64,000 nucleotides of DNA, taken from NCBI GenBank assembly GCA_000091205.1, contig AP006501.2; one strand, given 5' to 3'. Every line of letters starts with the position of its first letter. The first letter of the stretch is position 1. The DNA is from Cyanidioschyzon merolae (Eukaryota). The notes beneath the pieces are model-generated. The model was not told the DNA's origin. It did no database searches and saw only the letters and a list, made by a program, of their open reading frames with translations. Both the position numbers and the translations under genes were made by a program. Shown one piece after another: positions 54,507 through 64,000 of this stretch.

Positions 54507-57170
54507 TCAATCGCTCGCCTCTTCGACAAGCGCGGCATTTATGGCAGTGCCAACCTTCACGTAACGCCGCATCTCAAAAACCAGGGCCGCATCATCCACG
54601 AGCAGCGCTCCAAGTTCGGATGAAGCGTCATAAGGCAGCAGCCGTTGCAGGTTCATGTTGTAGCGTCGAAGTTCCTGAAATGAACGTCTCAGAACAGATG
54701 CACCGATCTCCCAGTTCGGAAAACTCCGCACGATAGCCTTACACACGAGTTCGAGCTGGGCCTTCCACTCCGAGCGGAACTCGGCCAACACGAGGCGCCA
54801 GTGCTCCGTCGACGGTGCGTTCGCTCTCGGTGACGATTCGGCCTTGGAGGAGGCGAGCGTCAGAAACTCCCCGAAACTGCCCATGAGCACCATCGCCGCC
54901 AACTGATTCGTACACGCCTCGAGCTCCAGCTCGAATTCCCGCTTCATTTCTTGCAGCGTTTCGAGGCCAGCGTCGGTGACCGGATCGCGCTCACGCTGAA
55001 CCGAGGACGCCACCCGAGTCAGGCGTTGAACAATCGTTCCTAGCTGATTGATGAGGAACGCGTTCCTGTTCTGAGCCGTCTGAAAACGCTCCGCCATGCC
55101 ATGCAAAATGCGATGCATCTCTCGTTGCTGCACGTGCAACGACTTGAGCACCATCGCATCCGATGAGGGCACGCGTAGCGCCAGCGTGAGCAGTATCTGC
55201 ACGTAGTCTGCGTAGCGTTGCACAACGGCATGTATGCGCCGTGCGAGCTCAGTCTCCGGATCCTGTTCAGCACTGTATGCAGCAGCAGATATTTCGAATA
55301 GGAGCCGTGGATCCGCTTGCGCAAGGCTCGTTTCGTTCGCATCCAAAATTTCCTTCAGACGCGGAATGATCGCTAGTTCGACACGCGAGAAGAATATCTC
55401 GAGCAGCGCGAGTCCATTTGCACGTGCGTCGTCTCGCTGCGTCTGTCCGATTCGGGTGCACAGCAGGAGACCAACCACATCTGTTGTCCGGGCGAAATAT
55501 TCTGAGAATCGCTCCGCCACATAGTCTCTTGCCTGCAGCATGACGTGCTCCAGCGTGGGCGACTCAACAGGTCCGAAAAAGTCCGCGAGAAAGTCCCTTT
55601 CAGAGCTGCAGATCGTTAGTAGCATCCTTCCAACCGACCAGAAGATGCGTTCTGGGGGAATGAGCCGCCCCTCGGCCTGAGCGACGGCGAGAACTAGTGG
55701 AGGCTCGGCCAGCTCCTCCAGAACGGCTAGGCGCTGGCCGAGACCACTGGGAGTGGCAGCGCCAGCCGCGGTCCGGTCACCTGCCGCAGCGCTACCAGCT
55801 GTTGTACCAGCGCTACGCATTCGATCACCGCTGGTGGAGGTGGCGGCTTTGCTGTTGGACATCCAGGAGCTCGTGAACATCGACGGCAGACGAAACGACG
55901 TCGCGGTTGGCAGCAAGCGCTGCCAAACCGCCCCAAGGGAGCTCGACATTGACGGTGGAATCAGCAAGGTATCTTCGAGATTCTGGTCCGGCTCGTGAAG
56001 GGCCCAGAGTCCATCCAGGTACTGGCGAAAGAAATTCAGATACACCCGACTCTGCGTATTCTTATATGTTTGCGTGATGCTCTCAACCGCCTCCGGTGCA
56101 ACGTCTTGCAGAAACTCGATGAAATACCTATATTTCAGGAGCATATTCTGTTGCAGAATCTGAATATTCGTATTCGGCTCTTCCAGACGACTCATTTGAC
56201 CCAGCAAGAACGCCTGCAACCGAGCGACCACTCGACGCTGCAGCTCGTGCAGGATAGGTCGCAGGTCTTTGTAGGCCGCAGTTCGCTGTACATCCGGAAG
56301 GCTGGCGAACGCTAGCTTACTGCGAAAGCGCTTCACTTCTTCGAGGTAGACTTCATCGATCTGTGGGCGTGCTGTGAGCCTGCGTACGAGCGCTGGTGGT
56401 AGCACGACCTCCAGGGCGAAGGCTTGCAGGTGACCAGCCGCTTCGCGTGTTGTGTGCACGCGCTCGTTCCAGCGCTGACTTTCTACTTCATCGAAAGCAA
56501 GCCGACGTCTGCGGTCGTCCAGTTGCCCTAGAACTTGACAGAGTCTTTCTTCGGCGTCGGTGAAGAAGCCCTCGCAGCGAGCGAGTTCGGTAGCGGTAGT
56601 CTCGAGCAGCGGCTCGTCGGCAGCCACTCGTTGCAGCAGCTTCGATTCGAGCGCCCGCAGCTCTTGCTCGTACTGTAAGTAGAGTTCTTGCACGTGTTGC
56701 AGGGTGTCCAGAGACAGCGGCCTCTCGACCTGTGGCGCGTCGTCGAGTTCGCGTGCGAGTTTCTCCAGAAGCCGCCCTAAGTCGTCATCGAGTGCATCTT
56801 TCCCCAGAGGCGCTAGTGGTTCCTCCGGTTGGGCGATTCGCCAAGCCACGGCAAAGTCTTCCTCAGAGAAGAGGCTTTCTCCCATAAAGAGAGGTCGGTG
56901 GCTCTCGTTCGTGTCCCCCGAAGAGAGACCGCGTCGCTTAGAGCCAGAGTAGAAAGGCTTCCGCACGGAGTTTTCGAGGCCTACGGTCGACGACTCTACC
57001 AAGAGCACCCTGGTTGTGCAAGTGCTACCAGTAACCAGCGAAGACAAAGCCGTCCTCCTTTGGAGGCGTCCACGTTCTACCAGCCCCAGTCCAGGCGTGC
57101 AGCTACGCACTGGTGAGGCAGGCGTTGCATTCGTTCGTGACGGGCCGCCCGCACCATACGGGTGCCACAC
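54507..57170 (-). CDS. VPS52: Vps52 (GARP tethering complex subunit; Sac2 family)
   Basis: NIQILQQNMLLKYRYFIEFLQDVAPEAVESITQTYKNTQSRVYLNFFRQYLDGLWAL aligns with human VPS52 NYQIPQTALLKYRFFYQFLLGNERATAKEIRDEYVETLSKIYLSYYRSYLGRLMKV. An alternative start is MGESLF at 56885. Confidence 0.65.
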   Translation of the reverse strand: MWHPYGAGGPSRTNATPASPVRSCTPGLGLVERGRLQRRTALSSLVTGSTCTTRVLLVESSTVGLENSVRKPFYSGSKRRGLSSGDTNESHRPLFMGESLFSEEDFAVAWRIAQPEEPLAPLGKDALDDDLGRLLEKLARELDDAPQVERPLSLDTLQHVQELYLQYEQELRALESKLLQRVAADEPLLETTATELARCEGFFTDAEERLCQVLGQLDDRRRRLAFDEVESQRWNERVHTTREAAGHLQAFALEVVLPPALVRRLTARPQIDEVYLEEVKRFRSKLAFASLPDVQRTAAYKDLRPILHELQRRVVARLQAFLLGQMSRLEEPNTNIQILQQNMLLKYRYFIEFLQDVAPEAVESITQTYKNTQSRVYLNFFRQYLDGLWALHEPDQNLEDTLLIPPSMSSSLGAVWQRLLPTATSFRLPSMFTSSWMSNSKAATSTSGDRMRSAGTTAGSAAAGDRTAAGAATPSGLGQRLAVLEELAEPPLVLAVAQAEGRLIPPERIFWSVGRMLLTICSSERDFLADFFGPVESPTLEHVMLQARDYVAERFSEYFARTTDVVGLLLCTRIGQTQRDDARANGLALLEIFFSRVELAIIPRLKEILDANETSLAQADPRLLFEISAAAYSAEQDPETELARRIHAVVQRYADYVQILLTLALRVPSSDAMVLKSLHVQQREMHRILHGMAERFQTAQNRNAFLINQLGTIVQRLTRVASSVQRERDPVTDAGLETLQEMKREFELELEACTNQLAAMVLMGSFGEFLTLASSKAESSPRANAPSTEHWRLVLAEFRSEWKAQLELVCKAIVRSFPNWEIGASVLRRSFQELRRYNMNLQRLLPYDASSELGALLVDDAALVFEMRRYVKVGTAINAALVEEASD

Positions 57171-58535
57171 TGTTGCGATCCCGCAACAAGCGTCGTGTGT
57201 TCATCCAAACGACAGGTCCGCTGATACAGGTCACGCGCTTTCTTGATTCGTACGTGATGCTGCGGCGTGCATAGCCTGTGTTTACGCATACGATTTGCGG
57301 TGTCAGGTCAGGCATGTCTGAGCACAGGATGCACGCTGGTGGATGCTTCTCATCGACACGCGCGCCGTCACCAGCACATAACGTCGCATATATCGCGTTT
57401 CCCAGAGCGAGTGCCCGTTCTCCAGCACATTCGTCGCATCTTTTGAACAGGAAGAGCGCTGTTCACGCATCTGCTGGCCGGATCCGAATCCACCGAAAGC
57501 ATCGAACGATGGATTCACCGGCATGCAAGACAAGTACCAAAGGCGCTGCTGCACGTTCCACACATCCACAGAGGAAGAATGAGACGAAGAAGAAATAACC
57601 GGTGAGGCGTACCCTGGCAACATTTGCCGATGATTTGGGCGCATTGCCTGACACGCCCATGATACCGATCCGAGAGTTGCAGCGTCATCCTGCGCCAGCG
57701 AGGACGGGTGCAATGCACCATGTCATCCTATATCCAATTATGTCTCATGAGCGAATCGGGTCATGCGTGACGCCTCGGCTGTCGACGGCGCGCGGGTGGC
57801 AGCGTGCACCCGCACACCAGGCGGCACGATGAGGTGTCGCGAGTCGTGCCGTTGACGAGCACCCCTAAACCGTTGACGAACGGTACAGCAGCGCTGGGCC
57901 GCTCAGTGCATCACTTGACACCACGCGATGCCTCGATCAGCGACAGTTTCAGAACGAGCCTTCGCTCATGAACCCTGTATACTGCCTGGTGCTTTTGCCA
58001 TGCGCGAATATCAGCGTCGATGCTACGGCACTGCACCACGGAATTGGAAGCAACTCGTAGAGTCTCTAGGACGATGTCGTGACATGCCCGAAATATCGGT
58101 GTAGAATATACACAGGATCTCGATTGAGCGGTACAGCGGCAGCGATCAGGGTGCTGAACATGGCTTGTTTGCGATCGATCACCGACCCTCGCAGGGATGA
58201 TGATGGTGCATCGCGCGGCGAGCGGATACTTCATCGATTCCAGAATGAATGACCCGTTAGGCGTCCGTGCGAGGCTTCACAGCCGCAACCAACGGATTCC
58301 GGAACTAAAACGTTCCAGAAAACCTGGCGTTTGTGGATGCGCAAACGCGGCTGGTGATCAGAGCAGCATCCTGACGGCTCCAGCAGATGCCTCAAGGTGA
58401 CATTTCCCTCTACGCAGTACCATTGCGTTCCCATCAGGTGCGCTCATGGAATCGACCAAGACGCCTGCGGAATCGCATTCGCTGCCAATGATAGAGGCTG
58501 CATACGCATCGCTGCTGCAGAAGCGCCTCGCTTTG

Positions 58536-58608
58536 GCACCAGCACCAGCACCAGCACCAGCACCAGCACTAGCACCAGCACCAGCACCAGCACCAGCACT
58601 AGCACCAG
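58536..58608. repeat. (GCACCA)n hexanucleotide microsatellite, ~12 units with two GCACTA variants
   Basis: gcaccagcaccagcaccagcaccagcactagcaccag... This creates the poly-(AP) and poly-(LV) artefact ORFs. Confidence 0.9.
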
Positions 58609-58993
58609 AGCACCTCGCCCGATCCGCAGACGCTCAGCAGCGAGGCGCAGCGGCGTCGATGCTGGCGCCACCGCGCGGCCGTTGCCCGGAGTGCGTACTG
58701 ATGTAGCGTTTCAGTACGGCCTGCACGTTCGACCTTATCTGCGCCTGTGGAGGCGTCGGCGGCGGTTTCGTAACACTCCAGCCTTCCTCGAGGACGATCA
58801 GCAGACACCGTGACTCGTGGTGGTGCTGTGCGGTGCTGGGCTTCGTAACGGCACGCAAAGCAGCATCAACGTAGCGGCGCTAAGGTTCGGCTCACACGCG
58901 GTCTGGGCGCCGTTCGAGCTGCGACACGGCGTGTGTGCCTGGGTCGTGAAAAGCGCGCGTGGGACGCTCGGACTTTAGATCTGCGGAAGATTC

Positions 58994-60742
58994 ATGGAAA
59001 AACCCGTAGCCGACGGGCTTGAGGGACTTGAGCTCGAAAAAAAGCAAAGTCATGCACCAGATTCCGTCGCGCTCGGGAAGGAAAAGCCGGCTCGCTCTGC
59101 TGCAGCGCAGGGATCCGTGTCTGCGGAGACAAAAAAACGTGTCGAGCGAGAGACGAAAGAAGGAATAGATTGCCGCAAGGCAGATAACTTTAGTGCATGG
59201 TACCAACAAGTGGTGATCAAAGCGGAGCTCATTGAGCTCTACGATATCTCCGGCTGTTACATCATTCGACCATGGGCGTACGCCGTCTGGGAGAAGATCG
59301 TCGAATTTTTCGACGCTGAAATCAAGAAACTTGGCGTCCAGAATGCGTATTTCCCTGTCTTTGTTTCCGAACGTCGTTTGCGAACAGAGCAGGAACACCT
59401 GGAAGGGTTTGCCGCCGAGGTGGCCTGGGTGACCAAAAGCGGCTCCAGCGAGCTCGAAGAGCCGATCGCCATCCGCCCGACGTCGGAAACGATCATCTAT
59501 CCGGCGATGGCGAAATGGATACGATCGCACCGGGATCTACCCTTGAAGCTGAACCAATGGAGCAATGTCGTGCGTTGGGAATTCAAACACCCGACACCCT
59601 TCATTCGTTCACGAGAATTTCTGTGGCAGGAAGGCCACACCGCCTATGCCGATCGATCAGCAGCTGACGAGGAAGTGCTCCAGATTCTCGAGCTCTACAG
59701 GCGCATCTACGAGGAGCTGCTTGCGGTTCCCGTGATCAAAGGCATCAAAAGTGAGCGGGAGCGGTTCGCTGGCGGCCTGTACACAACCACCGTAGAGGCA
59801 TTTGTGCCCGCAAATGGCCGTGCTGTACAAGGTGCAACGAGTCACTCCCTGGGCCAGAATTTTGCCCGCATGTTTGGAGTGTATTACGAAGGCAAAGACA
59901 GCGGAGAGAAGCTCATGCCTTGGCAAAACTCATGGGGTTGCACAACACGCACCATTGGTGTTGCCGTTATGGTCCACGGAGACGACAGAGGCCTCGTATT
60001 GCCCCCACGCGTGGCACCACTGCAAGTGGTCATCGTGCCCATCATCGTGAAGAACGCCGCAGCAAACGTATCCCAAGTATGCGAGGTTCTCTGCCTGCGA
60101 CTCCAGCGTGCAAACCTGCGGGTGAAATTCGATGATCGCCCCGAGAAGACCCCGGGATGGAAATTCAACGAATGGGAGCTGCGAGGCGTCCCGCTGCGCA
60201 TAGAAGTCGGCCCTCGGGATGTGCAGTCGAAGACGATCACCATTGCACGCCGAGATACCATGGAGAAGCGAAGTATCCAGTTGGTAGATTGGGATGCGCT
60301 TGAAGCAGACGACAGCTTTGGCAGGGAAATTGCGAAAATCCTCGACGATATCCAAAAGAGCATGTTCGAAAGGGCTTCTGCTGAGCGAAACGCGCGCATT
60401 CGCTGTGTCGCAAGCTGGGAGCCGTTCATGAAAGCCATCATCGAACGTTGCCTGGCACTGACACCATGGTGCGCTGAAACCAACTGCGAGGAGCAGGTTC
60501 GTCAGAGAAGCATGCAGGACTCTGTGAGCTATCGTGAGCGCCTGGCCAACGAAGTCGACCCTGCCGCCGCGGACACTGTCCTCTCTGGTGCAGTGAAAAC
60601 GCTTTGCATGCCCTTCGCGTCCGAGCTGGAGCGGCTGCGTCTCGTTGACCGGTCAGAGTACGAGGCGCCAGCGCCTGGCAAACAGTGTTTTGCATGCGAC
60701 GCAGCAGCAAAGCGCTGGGCACTCTGGGGTCGTAGCTACTAG
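58994..60742 (+). CDS. Prolyl-tRNA synthetase, eukaryote/archaeal-type class II
   Basis: The class II core is collinear with the eukaryote/archaeal type: AWYQQVVIKAELIELYDISGCYIIRPWAYAVWE, FPVFVSERRL, IRPTSETIIYPAMAKWIRSHRDLPLKLNQWSNVVRWEFKHPTPFIRSREFLWQEGHTA, GATSHSLGQNFARMF and the C-terminal Zn-binding domain. Confidence 0.85.
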   Translation: MEKPVADGLEGLELEKKQSHAPDSVALGKEKPARSAAAQGSVSAETKKRVERETKEGIDCRKADNFSAWYQQVVIKAELIELYDISGCYIIRPWAYAVWEKIVEFFDAEIKKLGVQNAYFPVFVSERRLRTEQEHLEGFAAEVAWVTKSGSSELEEPIAIRPTSETIIYPAMAKWIRSHRDLPLKLNQWSNVVRWEFKHPTPFIRSREFLWQEGHTAYADRSAADEEVLQILELYRRIYEELLAVPVIKGIKSERERFAGGLYTTTVEAFVPANGRAVQGATSHSLGQNFARMFGVYYEGKDSGEKLMPWQNSWGCTTRTIGVAVMVHGDDRGLVLPPRVAPLQVVIVPIIVKNAAANVSQVCEVLCLRLQRANLRVKFDDRPEKTPGWKFNEWELRGVPLRIEVGPRDVQSKTITIARRDTMEKRSIQLVDWDALEADDSFGREIAKILDDIQKSMFERASAERNARIRCVASWEPFMKAIIERCLALTPWCAETNCEEQVRQRSMQDSVSYRERLANEVDPAAADTVLSGAVKTLCMPFASELERLRLVDRSEYEAPAPGKQCFACDAAAKRWALWGRSY

Positions 60743-61346
60743 ATACATGTTTTAATCAATTTAAATGAGGCTCGTGACCTGAAACCCACACGACATGCTG
60801 CACTCCTTGTCTGAACAGACGCGCGACGCCGAGCTATGCGACATGAAGCTGTCGCTGCGAAGCGTCGACACAGCGACTGTATACGCGGTGCTCGCGTGCA
60901 ACAGAGGCACCTTTCTGGCGTCCGCGAAAGGACCACGCTTTCAGCAGCGATGCTGTTTTCGTGGTGGTGTCTCGGCGGATGCACCCGGATGCCGGTGGAT
61001 GCGCGCCAGCTAACGGTCACTGGGCAAACGGCTGTTATTCCTTAACCGACACGTTTACGTTCCGCAAGCGCGAACCCTGGATTTCTCATACAAACTCATT
61101 CTTGGTCAATCTGGTAAGCAGACAGCATTGTTAGACAAGCACACGCAGCCGCGCGCACCGCGGCAGTCGACAGACGCAATACATGGGCGTCAGCGCTCCC
61201 AGCCGGCGAACAACAACTGTGCTGGACGCTCCATGAAGCAGCGCAAACCGGCAGCTGTGGCGCGATTTACCAGCGCTTGCTCGCAAAGCGGCCCGCACAC
61301 GCTGCACCGGCTTGTCTGCTCGCAAAAGAACCGAGAACACCAGCTC

Positions 61347-61598
61347 CTATACCCGCGTAGCGGCTGGTGCACAGACCGGAACCGCTCTGCTGGGACACCA
61401 CGCCTCTACGTCATAGATGACCCGGATGCGAAGCGAGCACGACGGGCACTTGGCAATCTGTTCCCCACGCCGCATTTCTGCGACTGTGAGAACGAATAGG
61501 TCCCCACACGGGCAATTGTACGTGTACCTCTGGGCATCTTCTTCATAGTTCATATCTTCGATCTCGACTTCGTCGTATACATTAGTCTCTGTTTCCAT
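61347..61598 (-). CDS. DPH3: DPH3/KTI11 CSL-type zinc finger (diphthamide biosynthesis protein 3)
   Basis: METETNVYDEVEIEDMNYEEDAQRYTYNCPCGDLFVLTVAEMRRGEQIAKCPSCSLRIRVIYD matches DPH3 (HDEVEIEDFQYDED..YFYPCPCGD.F..T.E.L..GE..A.CPSCSL.IKVIYD). Confidence 0.75.
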   Translation of the reverse strand: METETNVYDEVEIEDMNYEEDAQRYTYNCPCGDLFVLTVAEMRRGEQIAKCPSCSLRIRVIYDVEAWCPSRAVPVCAPAATRV

Positions 61599-61671
61599 TC
61601 CCTGGTCGTTATCCACGAAGCGTTCGCTCGAATGACGCACCCGGTGAATGCGAAGACAACCCTGAAAACAA

Positions 61672-62194
61672 ACCCCTTTCAAAAGAAAAACGTTGCTGCC
61701 AACGGTGTACGGTAGTGGCGACCAGCGCCTAAGCCTTGACGTCTCCAACTGACGTGTAGACGCCTCGCCGTCTTTCTGGACCGGCCGCCTACAACTGGTT
61801 TCAATTGTTTCTCATATAGTTCCACTTTGAGAGGGTGTCCCACAAAGTTCACTCTTGTCCACTTTGGAGGCTTTTTCTCCATCATCGCACATCTCCCTAC
61901 ATTGATTGCTGCGTGAGAGTCTCGGTTCGCAAATTCCATACGTTTCTTGCCATCACTGGTAGTACTTACTAGTGCAAGCAAACCACGCACTTTCGCTCTC
62001 CTTTCCATTTGATCTTCCGTCAGCGCTCCGTACTTTTTTATATCCTCAGGGCTCCGCTGGCACTTTTCCATCTCCACTCTCTAAAGAGTACACCCCAGTT
62101 CATGGTGTGTATAGGACGTTCGGAAAGCATCTACAGGTATCGTGACGAAACGCCGTGCACACTCCTTGTGCGTTCTTGTCGTTGGAGCTGGTGT
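61672..62194 (-). mobile_element. Truncated Fanzor-like 3' half (copy 5a), inverted with respect to copy 5b
   Basis: Reads ..APTTRTHKECARRFVTIPVDAFRTSYTHHELGCTL*RVEMEKCQRSPEDIKKYGALTEDQ..FANRDSHAAINV..NFVGHPLKVELYEKQL.. on the minus strand. The tail ttttgaaaggggtt ends at ~61672, 74 bp upstream of the DPH3 ATG. Confidence 0.65.
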
Positions 62195-62615
62195 ACACTC
62201 CAGAGGGTGGAGATGGAGAAATGCCAGCGGAGCCCTGGGGATATAAAAAAGTACGGAGCGCTGACGGAAGGTCAAATGGAAAGGAGGGCGAAATTTCGTG
62301 GATTGCTTGCATTAGTAAGTACAACCAGTGATAGCAAGAAACGTATGGAGTTTGTGAACCGAGAACTTAACGCGGCAATCAAGGTAGGGAGTTGTGCGGT
62401 GATGGAGAAAAGACCTCCAGCGTTGACCAGAGAGGATTGTATGGGGCAACCTCTCAAAGTGGAACTATTTGAGAAAAAAATGAAACCAGTAGTAGCTTGG
62501 CGGCCCAGAGAGGCTGGGAGCCGTCTGCACCTCAGCTGGAGACGATTTGTCCAAGGCGCGTTCGCCGCCACGACTACACACCGCTGGCGGCAGCGGTTCT
62601 CTTTTGAAAGGCGTT
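62185..62615 (+). mobile_element. Truncated Fanzor-like 3' fragment (copy 5b)
   Basis: CTLQRVEMEKCQRSPGDIKKYGALTEGQ...FVNRELNAAIKV...PLKVELFEKKM.. The tail tcttttgaaaggcgtt ends at 62606-62615, 28 bp upstream of the ATG at 62643. Confidence 0.65.
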
Positions 62616-62642
62616 ATCGGACTAGCCTCTGATTCATCAAGG

Positions 62643-63440
62643 ATGGTGCTGTTTGAAATTGAATATCGAGTGCGGCTTCCTCGGGAGGAGATGTGGAGCC
62701 TGCGAGAAGACCCTGAGTTTTTGCGTTGGCAGTATGAGCACTCCTCCGATATGAGCAACCTGGAAATTGTGGAGAAAAACGTCGACGCAGCCGACCCCGA
62801 CCGCATAACCGTGACGTGGCGGATAACACCTAGCGTGCCGCTGCCGCAGTTTGTACTTGCGTACGTTGGCGAAGGTGCTGGCATCTACATCGAAGACGTT
62901 CACGAATACCGCCTGTCGAAGCCGTACTACATCAACTTCCGCAGCCATCCGAATATGTTTCAGGAGTACACCGAGACCAGGGGTGAGTGCGAGTTCGTTG
63001 ATGAACCTGCTGACTCCGCGGATGCCCAGGCTGGAACACGCGTCTGCATCCGAGGAGAGGTGATTGTGAACGTCCCGCTTGTGGGGCCTTACGTCGAAAA
63101 CTTCGTGGTGAATAACTTGCGGAACTTTTACACGGGGTTTCCAGACCTGGTGCATTCATATGTAGCGGCCAAAAATGGACGTTTGAACCCCGACGACAGT
63201 CAGATGTGGTTGAACCCGGAGTCATCGGTGCATGTACAACCGAATACCGCAGAGGCAAACGAGGCGAGTGCCATCCACGGGGCTGGCGCGGATGTGGCCC
63301 CTGCTCTGGCGGCTCTGCAGCGCTCGCTACCGCCATCGGTCGACGCGTCACTGGCATCCGTGCCAGTGGCTTCTGGCGCCCCTGAAGCGATCCCAGAGTC
63401 CATACAAGCGCCAAGAAGATCATGGTGGCCATGGCAATGA
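62643..63440 (+). CDS. Hypothetical protein (265 aa)
   Basis: The ORF is open from 62547, but the first 32 codons overlap the Fanzor fragment tail, so the start is taken as MVLFEIEY at 62643. No family recognised. Confidence 0.4.
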   Translation: MVLFEIEYRVRLPREEMWSLREDPEFLRWQYEHSSDMSNLEIVEKNVDAADPDRITVTWRITPSVPLPQFVLAYVGEGAGIYIEDVHEYRLSKPYYINFRSHPNMFQEYTETRGECEFVDEPADSADAQAGTRVCIRGEVIVNVPLVGPYVENFVVNNLRNFYTGFPDLVHSYVAAKNGRLNPDDSQMWLNPESSVHVQPNTAEANEASAIHGAGADVAPALAALQRSLPPSVDASLASVPVASGAPEAIPESIQAPRRSWWPWQ

Positions 63441-64000
63441 ATTGCGTACCCGCCGGTGCCTTGTGGTGCCTCTGAAGTGGCACCAGAGACCGTGCACGTC
63501 CCAAGCTGATCACGCTGACCATGGCGCTGAACAGGCGGCGCAAGCCACCGTTTGAATCGATTGTCGTGGTATCATGCATACATGACGCAATATTTATTGG
63601 GGGCAATCATCGAAATGTGAACGAGAGTATTGGGCTACTCGCGTGCTTGTGGAGCACCAATGCGCAGAACTCTTGGAGATGGGACGGTGCGAATCAGAGG
63701 CTCTCCATTGTAGCGTATGCTCTGCGAAGGGTTGATTCCGCTTGCGATTCCCGAGCTGCGAGCACCAAGTACCCTGATGTACGCTATTGCTTAGGCGGGG
63801 AACGGGAGCGTTCACTCGTCGTCGAAGCGAATTCTCCCGCGACAAAGATGAGTATTCGCATGGAGCGCGCACCGCGAGTCGCCTGCGCAGTCTGTATGCC
63901 GCCATCCTGTCCCCGGAGGATCAACGAAAGCGCGAACCACCAGCAGTTCAGTCAGAGACGTCATTACCATCGAGCTGGGGTTTAAGAACGCACGAGAAAT

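Overview
The window is eukaryotic nuclear DNA, GC-rich (roughly 58%) and strongly GC3-biased, with closely packed genes that mostly read as single ORFs. It looks like a stramenopile/oomycete-like or other protist genome, but that is a guess.

Recognisable host genes are a copper amine oxidase (TPQ motif NYEY), an organelle-type FtsZ, a p47/Shp1-like SEP-UBX protein, DJ-1/PfpI, a lysophospholipid acyltransferase, a WD40 protein, a PTC7-like PP2C, a divergent PHF5A/Rds3-like protein, a Dim1/TXNL4-like protein, an SGNH/GDSL hydrolase, GNA1 (glucosamine-6-P N-acetyltransferase), a coiled-coil protein, Vps52 (GARP), a eukaryote-type prolyl-tRNA synthetase, DPH3/KTI11, and several hypothetical proteins.

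The main feature is a repeated family of a roughly 2.7-3.0 kb element. There are four near-full-length copies, three fragments that keep only the 3' end, and two solo ~320 bp left ends. Its degraded ORF carries all three RuvC motifs of TnpB/Fanzor-type (OMEGA) RNA-guided nucleases: [17 protein letters not shown] and NRDFNAAINI. Its 3' tail (CCACTACTGTACAYGGCCGACGTTGTTCGACTTTNGAAAGGCGTT) is conserved in all four full-length copies and the 5b fragment and is a candidate omega-RNA-like scaffold.

The right ends of five of the seven copies lie 28-290 bp upstream of a co-oriented host gene start (FtsZ, PP2C, DPH3, a hypothetical gene, and less reliably a small TM protein). Elements flank the amine oxidase gene on both sides, and inverted pairs occur at 35.8-41.5 kb and 61.7-62.6 kb. 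Every copy carries stops or frameshifts, so the family looks old and inactive, but its ends are retained next to genes.
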